A stretch of DNA of 60,544 nt, filler included, from Platydemus manokwari (taxonomy: Eukaryota): assembly GCA_037951405.1 (NCBI GenBank). It is 6 parts of 6 records of this genome, joined end to end, with 100 filler letters (N's around TTAATTAATTAA, not from the genome) between each part and the next. Parts side by side here need not be neighbours in the genome. Positions count along the whole stretch, not along the records: positions 50,789 to 60,544 come from JBBMOY011209321.1; 5 more parts are not named here. One strand, written 5' to 3'. The position numbers and the translations under genes are program-made. A model generated the notes under the pieces. The model was given only the letters and a program-made list of their open reading frames with translations. It did not search any database and was not told the DNA's origin. Shown in pieces: positions 51,091-60,544 of the stretch (positions are counted from its first letter, which is position 1; each line of letters starts with the position of its first letter).

Positions 51091-51282
51091 TCATATATCC
51101 ATATATTTTATATAATAATAATAATAGTCTTTATCGAAAATAATAAAAGAAAATATTAATCAATGAAATCTAATATATCCCCTGTATGTAATAACAAGAA
51201 ATTGGCCGACAATCACCAATCGAATATAACATTAATCTCAATTGAGATTAGATGATTAACATTGAAATAATAAATGCCTTAC

Positions 51283-51754
51283 TGAAGCGGTGTGTTGATT
51301 CCTGCGAATAACGGGTTCTGGCAGCCAGTAATGAAAAATAACACAAGACACACGATCACTAATATTACAGCCCCGATCGAGAAGAGAATTGCTCCTGATA
51401 AAACAGAAATCATTCATCAAATATAGTCAAACAACAATACTAACGTCGTCGAGACATCTGAAATCGATGCATTATAACACCACCGACTATTATTCCAAGA
51501 GCGCCAGCAGGTACAATGAGTCCACCTAATAGTACACATCATTAAACACCATCCATCAAGTTAATAATAATTATTATATAAATGGATACCTGCTATTAAA
51601 CTAGATGTGATATTGCTGACTTTATATTCGTTCTCAATGTATTTTGGTAAAAACGCTGCAAATCCATTTACGAGAAACATTTCACAACAGATTGCCAAGC
51701 TGACAATAATATATATTTTATTCTTTAACAGTGAAAATATGGCTCCAGGAATAC
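51283..51754 (-). CDS. SLCO/OATP exons 51590-51754, 51445-51525 and 51283-51394; the Kazal-like domain and C-terminus are not found in this contig
   Basis: SLLKNKIYI...NGFAAFLPKYIENEY, GLIVPAGALGIIVGG and FITGCQNPLFAGIN are typical OATP TM7-9 motifs. Canonical GT-AG sites. Confidence 0.92.
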
Positions 51755-52464
51755 CTATAATATTGAATTCAAATCATAACCAAAACTATATGATGCGAAT
51801 AATGATATAAATATATCCCCATAGTGTTATAGAGATTCATATCGTAGTATTTCCTTGTTTTTTATTATTGCTATTTAATCAAAACGACTGAAAATAAATG
51901 TCTAATATTACTGTTAATATTGTCATGGTTGAATGGATAATGATTTATATCAGTTACACTATTTATTTAATTAGATATATGGTTAACATTGATCTTATAT
52001 TGCGCGAATTATTTTATCAAAAATGCAAAAACAATCTAGTAAAATCGAAATAACAAAACACATATGAATATCTTCTTTAATTTCATGTGGAAATTTTATT
52101 ATTTAAATAATAATAATAGTAATTATCGCCCCTCAGTTCAAAACAATCGTATCACATTGCTACTATTAAAGAGCGAACAACTCGCCTCGTGTAATCAATA
52201 TGCTAATAGATATCGACCAATCAAAATTAGGCACATTGACAAGAATATCTGAATCGAAATGCTGGCATTGTGATTATAAAATGTATGAAATAATAAATAT
52301 TTTCAAAATAATACACATTTCAACACTAATTAAATGATATGATGCATGAAAATTCATTTCACTGGTTCCCACTTACTCGAATCTCGCTTTGTGCGAACAA
52401 CAATGAAATCAAATTCATTTCCAATTAATTAAAGATAATATCCTGTCGATAATAATATAATAAC

Positions 52465-53764
52465 CTTTCAAATTTTTCCCATATTGTTGAGCTATGTTTG
52501 GATTTGATAGTTGTCTGCTAATATCACAAGAATTAACGTCCGGTGATGAATCTCTGATCATTTTATTATTGGCATTCATCAATGAGTCTGATTCAGCGGC
52601 TTTGTAATCATTTTTGGGGGTATCTTTGGTGATTTCAATGGTAATATCTATCATCATAATCAACCGATTATTCATATCAGACCCTAGTTACATACCGTTA
52701 TTTGGCTTCTTTTTATCGCCAAAACCAACAATCGATCTGATTCTCGATTTTTTGATTTTTCTCACTTGTTTCGGGAACATAAATAAAAATATTGCAGTCA
52801 ATGCGCAGCAGATTCCTAGAGAAAACCAACGAAGATAGATAAAACATAGAGATATATAATATACCCAAACATGCATAACCACCCCACCAAGCCCCAATCC
52901 AATCGGCATCACCGGGCTCACTGGTATGCGATATTTTATGATTTACCGGATAACGAAGCATAGTGGCGCCAAGCCCAAACCCTAGAACAGGTCCCAAAGC
53001 ACTTGATGCATACAACAAAGCTAAATAAAAAATAGGATTCTGTTTAAAGTACTCAAGTAATTACCAATAAGTGGTGGGGCCACCGTTGGAATAACATGGT
53101 CATCAATATAAGTAGGACCAAGAGAAAGAACAGGACTCGATCCGCATCCTATTAGAATTTGTCCTAATATAAAGAGCATCTTTACCAACCAATTTGCTTT
53201 ATTTCCAGCATCACAAATACCATCGTTGTGTTTAGTACTGTTTTTAAGACAAAGATAGGAACTACTTATTCCATTACTTGAACTACTTTCAAATTTTGCG
53301 ATAAATTCAGGAATAGCAAAAGAGAAAGCACCGATACTCATTATCAACATGCCACAGCCTATCCACAAAGGGATTCGACCTTGACCACCAAAAAACCCGA
53401 CAAATACAACAGATGCAATAAATCCAACATCAAAGAAAGACTGGATAACTCCAAGCATATAACTATCCAATGAAAACCGTCGTTCCAAAGTTGTAATCTG
53501 TGAACTCATATAACCAGCGGAAAGTGCAGTTTGAAGAATGCAAACAATGCACATGGTTAGTAAAAATAAATAGACACTTCTAAATCTCTGAAAATTATTC
53601 AAGTTTAAAAATTATTTTTTTGTAATATAGAGTATTACTTGTAAACAATTAGGTCTCCATTTGAGAAGTCCACAGCGATTGGAATATGAAATAACTTCTT
53701 CGTTAGGCACAGTTGTAATATGTATTTTATTTGAGTTGGACGTTTCGTAATTATTTTCTAACAT
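52465..53764 (-). CDS. SLCO/OATP organic anion transporter (Oatp30B/SLCO3A/5A-like), exons 53639-53764, 53065-53587, 52865-53020, 52696-52815 and 52465-52647
   Basis: N-terminal RCGLLKWRPNCLQ, GYMSSQITTLERRF, RIPLWIGCG, LGPTYIDDHV, GPVLGFGLG and the OATP signature DADWIGAWWGGY. Introns of 51, 44, 49 and 48 nt with consistent phases. Confidence 0.93.
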
Positions 53765-56685
53765 GTTTCACAATAAACCATGAAATCTATAAGATTAAAA
53801 TCTAAATCTGCAATTATAGTTTTAAATGCGTAATCTACAAAATCTATTTTAAAACAAACTTTGATTTAACATAATACATTCTAAATAAATTAAATTTATT
53901 AAATATATTAAATTTGATTTTACCACCTTATGTAAAGTTTATTTTAAAAAGTTTAAATTAATTAACTCGAGTAAATATAACTTAAATCTCAAAAAACTTT
54001 AATAAAAAATTATGATGATTTTCTAAGCAATCTTACAGAAATACGGATAAATTAAAAAATAACATTCAAAATAAACTATCTTGCAAAAATTTACGATAAA
54101 AATATGTATATAATTAAAATTAGAAAGAATTAAAAACATTAGGTCAAGACATTTGTTACATGAATATATAAGGAATTGTTGTTTTTCTCACATCAATCTA
54201 AGCAATTTTATTAGGTTTGTGTTTTAAGAAACAAATCTCGATAATAATAGCTATTAATATAGTATATGTACTTTTCTCTATCAAAAAATTCTGCATTACT
54301 CGGTCTCATTTATGTTGCATAACCTAAATGGCTAGCATGTTGAATGTATGTATTACAATCTATGGCCTGATATTGCACAATAGATGTTTATTTATGAATT
54401 TGTGAATCATTTTTATTAATAATTATTATAGTATATTGTTATCAACCAAAACGCCTGCCATTAATTAAAGTATGTCTTTAAACAAAGTCAAAAAGAAAAA
54501 GAATTATCTACTAATTCGATAATTTTATATATAGAACCAAGTTGTGAAATCAGTTGTCTTTGAAAACATATCTAATTTGACTAATTTGTTTAAATGAAGA
54601 ATTATCTAGTCTTTAATATTATATACTTGAACAATGAAGTTAATTTTTGATTCTAATCAAATACTTACATAATAATCTTTAATGTACTGCTTCTGGATAA
54701 TTGTCCTTCATAATTTTATATTTAACTTAATCTTTTTCATATCCTCTATTTATTAGTATGGTTAATATGGTGTAAATATGGTTTCATGCAAATTAGAACA
54801 TCTTAGAGATTTTATCTACACATTTAGTCAAACTTTCATTGATTAAACTGGTTTTATTTATACTTGATGTCGTCATTTATACTGGTAGATGAATTTACGA
54901 AATACCTTATAGTTAATAGATTCTTATGACGAAGAAAAATTTTTAATTGTTACAAAAAGATGTATTACTTGTACAAATGTAAATTGATTTGGTTGATTGC
55001 AAAAGTAAAATAAATAGGACTGATTCTAGAACAGTCGAAATTTAAATTTAATAAATGCTGATTTTATAAAGCAGTCATTTTCAAACAATAGGAAATGTCT
55101 CATAAATTTTCTGATTAAGCTACCATTATCACAATTACCATTCTACAAACAACTGAAGAAAGTGTTCTGATCAGGAATATATTTTATCTCTCTGGAATAA
55201 TTCCTCATAAATTGTAGATTAATTTTTCAATTGGTAGAATTATTTTTGACTAATATGGAATTACTTCTTAAATCTATCAAATTAAAATAACTATTTTCAA
55301 TCGTAATATTTTCAGATATTATATTTATCGCAAAGGAATAGCGTTTGAAAAATTTTTAAATTTAACATTTATTCTCTTTGAATTTAAAAAGCCATTAGAT
55401 TTTATTTTAGAAATAATCTATTAAATTTTTTTGATTTTTTAATTTAGTTTGGACTTATTTTGAACTTATCTATAATTTACACGCTACTTTCATTATTATT
55501 CTTATTTTTAATGTGCTTTTTATTGAAACAAAAATTATTTACCATTTTTAAATTTTTTAACAAAATTTTTTAGTCCTTGTCATTTGTCTCGCGGCCTTAT
55601 CCTACAATTAAAAGAGCTTTCTTCGGAAGGTCTAGTTTCCACGTGCAACAAAGACTTAATCAGACAAAAAAGAAACAACAAATTCAGAACAAAGACAATT
55701 TTAAGACATTTAATCTATATAAAGCATGTATAAACAGAGACAAACCAACAAGGACATTTGAACTATATAGGCTAACTGCTCTGATAGAATTTTCGCACAA
55801 CCAATAACAAAACAAATTTTCTACCCATTAATTGTAAGAACAAATATTAAATAAATTCCCGTACAAATTCTCTTAGTACCAGAATCTACTTCAAGAATTC
55901 GAATAATTATTCGAGAAACGTTCAATTTCATTTCATTTTATTAATTCCAGTTTATTGATTTATACTCATGGAGAAGTTTTAAATTCGGAATCAGTTGTTT
56001 AATTCAGGAACATAAATTCACAGTATTTGCAACGTTTACCAGAATTTCTGTTTTAGTCCTACTTATGAGGAATCCCACCAACATGAATTTCTAATCAATT
56101 GTCAAAAATGGTAAATATGGGTGATATCTGATGGGTCTGCGTTTACACTTTTTATAAAAATAAGGAATCTTAACTCACGACTCTTCGTTATTTTTAATTT
56201 CGATAAAGGTTATCGTTACTCGGATGTCAGGTGACACCAATGGTAGCATTCAATCTATAGAATATATGACCCTTGTGCCATTTTTATAAACTCAATTGTA
56301 AGTGCTATCAAATATGTTTATTTAGTAATACAGTTGTTATTATTAGTTTGCTAATTTGTTTGTTGATTTTATATTGATTTATATTTTATTGAAAAATCTA
56401 AATAAATAAAGCGAGTTACAGTGTCAATAAATAAATTTTCTTATAAGTCGTCACACTACCAATTTCAACGCATTATTCAGGAGAAAATACATAATTTTCA
56501 AGGATAATTAAATCGTAATTGTGCAACGCTTCGACTAACTAATGTTATCAGGTTTATAAATAAACTTTCTCCTTATCGAAATCTTTCTATAATTTAAACA
56601 CGTAAAATAAAATGCTTTAAATAATTTGGATATTATATTTCATTGAAAAATCCCAAATATTAATATCAATTTTGATTTGGATCAT

Positions 56686-58569
56686 TTATTTATATAATGT
56701 TCTTAAAGATTCCAAACTTTCTGTAAGATATTGAATATATGGGTTCATGCATTTCATAATATACATTTTCTCTCTAAAATTTAAACATTGCATTGATTGT
56801 CTAAAATTGTAATTATCTTTCATGACGACTGATGGCATTATTTTACAATTGGAAAGGTATATACTGTTTAATAACGCTGTGAGGCTTAATATTTCCTCGA
56901 TTCCTCTGGATTCGATGTTTATTAATTGCTTATTGGACAATTTGGGATTTCGTGTAACCGTCCTAGTTGACCAATCATTATTATTAACGTGGCAAATCAT
57001 GTTGCTTATTGATTTTTTTAAAATAGGAAATTTATGGCTAGCATAAGATTCAAGATGTTGAGACTTTACTTTTACCATTGATATCGCATTTTTAATTAAT
57101 ACTTTTTCAGACAACGTAGTCAAACCTAAATCACGTAAGATAATTGTTTTTGAAAGAGCTTCAACAATATCATTTAGATTAATTATTATTGCTTTGTTAA
57201 TAACGACGATGTCTTCTGTGCATAGAAGGTCGCGAAATGGTATTTGATTTACTTTAATCGAGTTGCAAAAAACATTTTCCAATTGTGGATAAATAAAAGA
57301 TTTATTTGCACATATCATTTGTAATTGTTTTATTTGATAATTTGCGTTCTTTTTTTTGGAAATTATATTACTTTTTTTATCTGTATTGTGTTGAATTGAT
57401 AATTGGATTGATTTATCAACGAAAAATTCCATTGGTTTAGTTATTTGATTCGTACCGTGATTAAATCTAGTATTTCGTTTAATTGAACGCAATTTAATCG
57501 TATTTCGTGATTTCAGGTTTTGTTGAAGTTTCATTTGATTGGTAGATCGCTTACAAAATTTTATTTTATTTCTGCCAGCATGATAATTGGTGGTATCAGA
57601 AAGTTTTTGTTTTATATTATATTCTATATTTTTCAGTTTGTTTGGATTTGATACATCATTTGTAACAAAATTCTCTATGGAATTTAACATTTTATTGTGG
57701 AGATAAATGTTTTGATCAATCACTGTTGATTTAATTTCCAAGGGTATTGTTTCGATTTGTCCAAGTTTCTCATTTTCCAGATTTAGCGAGACTAATGGTG
57801 GTGGAAAATTTATATTTGTGTAGGACATGGAAACTTTGCTTTCACCCAGAAGGTTTGGTGAGTGATGGATTTTTTCTGAGAATTGTGGAGAATTTCGTTC
57901 ATCAATTCCAGAACTAAATTTACTCATAGTTGAATCAAAAGTAGGAGTAATTCTTTTTTCAAGCTCATAATTTTGAAAATTGAATTTTTTAAGTAATTCA
58001 AAAGCATTATTTAAAACCACTTTGTCATCCTTTAACACCCTCGACGAATCCACTGTATTTTCATCTGTAGTACCTACTGTTGATGATGATAAATCTATTA
58101 ATTTAATATTGGATTTTGTATAAAATATTTTGCTTGCTCTACTATCATCATTAAAATGTTTGTCTTCCAACTCACTTTCAATATCGTCATCAAATAACAA
58201 AATGACTGAAAAATAAGACGGGGTACTTGAATCATTTGATATATCTGTTGAAGTTGAAGATGAAGTAGAACGTCTTTCAATCAATGCATCAGTTTTAACT
58301 TTAACTTCCTCAACTAAATCTTTAAATCTTAATTTTGGAACTACATCATTGGATTCTATAGCTTTGAAACTGCGCCTTGGACTACTAGTAGATAATAAAC
58401 TGCTTCTAACATCACTAATTCCTAATAAATTAATCGACGATCGACTTTTGTAATTCAGCGATGGATCATTGATAGAATTATTCGGACTTTCTTGAAAGAG
58501 TTTAAGAAAAAAATTGGACATTGAAAATTTGTTTTTGGTTATGCTCAAAATTAACGTAGTAATTCGCAT
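56686..58569 (-). CDS. Uncharacterised 627-aa ORF (single-exon gene or long terminal exon)
   Basis: 1884 nt without a stop in highly AT-rich DNA; S/D-rich N-terminal part, K/N-rich middle, more hydrophobic C-terminal 200 aa. No domain or TE motif recognised. Start uncertain. Confidence 0.65.
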   Translation of the reverse strand: MRITTLILSITKNKFSMSNFFLKLFQESPNNSINDPSLNYKSRSSINLLGISDVRSSLLSTSSPRRSFKAIESNDVVPKLRFKDLVEEVKVKTDALIERRSTSSSTSTDISNDSSTPSYFSVILLFDDDIESELEDKHFNDDSRASKIFYTKSNIKLIDLSSSTVGTTDENTVDSSRVLKDDKVVLNNAFELLKKFNFQNYELEKRITPTFDSTMSKFSSGIDERNSPQFSEKIHHSPNLLGESKVSMSYTNINFPPPLVSLNLENEKLGQIETIPLEIKSTVIDQNIYLHNKMLNSIENFVTNDVSNPNKLKNIEYNIKQKLSDTTNYHAGRNKIKFCKRSTNQMKLQQNLKSRNTIKLRSIKRNTRFNHGTNQITKPMEFFVDKSIQLSIQHNTDKKSNIISKKKNANYQIKQLQMICANKSFIYPQLENVFCNSIKVNQIPFRDLLCTEDIVVINKAIIINLNDIVEALSKTIILRDLGLTTLSEKVLIKNAISMVKVKSQHLESYASHKFPILKKSISNMICHVNNNDWSTRTVTRNPKLSNKQLINIESRGIEEILSLTALLNSIYLSNCKIMPSVVMKDNYNFRQSMQCLNFREKMYIMKCMNPYIQYLTESLESLRTLYK

Positions 58570-60299
58570 ATTTCGAGCATTTTTTATTAATCATTTCATT
58601 TTCCCATAAATATAATAATATTGATTGTTTATATTAATCAAATACAAGCTTTAAATTGATAGAAAATTTTTATTTGCAGTGAGTTACGATTTCAAGTGTA
58701 TAAAGGAATATTTATTTTTGTGTATAATATAATTGCTATAATATAATTGTATGATATAAATACAAACATGAAGGATAAGTATGCATATTATTTTACAAAT
58801 ATACTGCTTCCATTCCATTAGTGGCCATTCATCTTGAATTTGGTCTATTATCATCGTCTAATGTAAATTAATTGCACTTATTATTTACCAGGCTCACATA
58901 AGATCGTTTCATTTAAAATCACATATTCGAATATCTAATCGCATATTCTTCACTATTTATAGAGCATTACTTAAATTCCACGATAAAGGTACTCCCCCAA
59001 TATCTAGGAAAGGGCTTGTTGGTCATAAAAGATTTCTAGAATTGTCTAATAAATTACCAACTTTTAAGTGCATAAAATTAGCATTAAAATTGTATTTTTA
59101 TACAAAAGTATAATAAACTTTTTATTTGTTAAACGAGTTAAGTAATTTAATTGACAGTTCGTCATTAAGGTTCAGAATTTCATAAATAAATTTGTCATTA
59201 TCATTCATCACCTTTTGGGAATTTTTCTGTCTGTTAATAAAACGATCGAAACTGATGGAAATAATAATAATATAATTATTGAGTCAATGGAAGAGGTATT
59301 AATAAAATTTAAAGTATTAAATCATTATCTACGTCATCTCATTTATCCCCATATATGTTGTTTAACGTCAATGCTAAGGAAGGTTAATTAAGGTTCAAGT
59401 ATTATCTGATGGTCTAAAGGAACTCAGTAGGCTGGCATAAGACGTAGATAAGGGATGTCAAAAATCATCATGCTGTTTGGTACCAGACTCCATTCCAGAT
59501 AAAAACAATAGTTAATATAAAATATATTTTTAGACAAAACCCAATAATAGATACGAAAATAAAAATAGTAATAATAAATTACCAAATTCGAAGGATAAAA
59601 TAAGAACAGCTGAAAATAGCAAGAAAAAATAATGCGCTATACAATTATAAGAAATAAAATACGAAAATAGAAATGAAAACAAACAAAGAAAAGATAAACA
59701 GCATAAATATCGCTAAAACAAATATATCTAAGTGCCACCATTAAAATTGCTCATTATCATAGGACTATTGGGTTTTATATTTTATCTCTATTGTGAGTTC
59801 TGTACTGCTAGTTGAATCTCGATGTCATTTCGGTAGATATGTGAATTTTTATCAAAATAAGGACAGTAATTGTATAAAATTATAATCAAAATAAAAACAG
59901 AGATAATAGCAATGCCTTTTATTCAAGTTTACCACAACGTACAAAGTTGTTTAATATAATAATATGTTTTAATTTCTTGTTTTTTAGAAGACTTCAATCA
60001 AACTTAATTTTCCAATCACTCGAAATCACAATTTACTCAAACATGCATGTTATAAAATCAATGGTCAATTAGGAAAGGTTGTGATATCGAATCTCCTTTA
60101 ATTTCTTCCACATTATTTATTATAATTATAATTTTTTCTACATGGAGTTATAACTTTATTCAAAAGTATCTCTTTCAAGAATTTATTTATTATAATTTTA
60201 TTTATTATAATCGTTAATATTGTAATTTCTTTGACTCTGTTGGTTACAACCCTATAATGAATAATGATAAAAAATGATATAAAAAGATAAAAAATGAGA

Positions 60300-60544
60300 T
60301 TTTTTTTAATATTAAAAAAACAAACGGTGTGATTTTGAAAATAGAATAAAATATTGATGCAAACGACTTATGTTTTTACTGGCGACCACGCCTGAATTAA
60401 CGATCTGACTAGAGCTAAAAGTGAATAGAGGCAGAAAATTTTTGCGAATCTGCCACAAAAACGCAGAAATTATTAATTCCGAAACCATCATTCTTCGATT
60501 CATCAATCCAAGACGCTGAGAAATGGTTCCAAACAACCAAAGAT
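60300..60544 (+). mobile_element. Start of a Gypsy-type element: LTR 3' end, PBS and beginning of gag
   Basis: AATAAA at about 60345; PBS tggcgaccacgc at 60380 (tRNA-Arg(TCG)-like 3' complement); then an open frame LLIPKPSFFDSSIQDAEKWF resembling the PxxFDGxxxxxxxW gag N-terminal motif. Confidence 0.6.

Noticed and set aside
60312-60536. Minus-strand 74-aa ORF
   Set aside because: Better explained as the antisense of a plus-strand PBS and gag start.
1-60544. Functional rRNA, tRNA or spliced-leader RNA genes
   Set aside because: None recognised by eye; only a decayed tRNA-Ser-like relic at 45348.

Overview
Eukaryotic, very AT-rich animal DNA with many 44-64 nt GT-AG introns. It is most consistent with a flatworm (planarian-like) draft genome, though the taxon is my inference. 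The window is not one locus: six unrelated contigs of about 9-11 kb are joined by identical artificial 100-nt spacers (44 N + TTAATTAATTAA + 44 N) at 9458, 18649, 29760, 40489 and 50689. Host genes I can support are: part of PIK3R4/Vps15 (7 exons, minus), part of an outer-arm axonemal dynein heavy chain of the DNAH5/8 type (4 exons, plus), a divergent Tob/BTG gene with an intronless CDS, a compact RING-ZnF-MATH TRAF-like gene (2 exons), the 5' part of an SLCO/OATP transporter (8 exons), and an unassigned 627-aa ORF. The rest is mostly decayed mobile DNA: Ty3/Gypsy, Penelope-like with minimal hammerhead remnants, NeSL/R2-type RLE non-LTR, mariner and pogo-type fragments, a possible Polinton remnant, a tRNA-Ser-derived relic, and simple and tandem repeats. 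I see no CRISPR array, operon or prokaryotic system. The best leads are a Gypsy RT reading in frame into a dynein exon, the altered CAF1-binding surface and missing PAM2 motifs of the Tob protein, the TRAF lacking a coiled coil, and the orphan ORF. All protein comparisons were made by eye against family sequences recalled from memory, not by database search.
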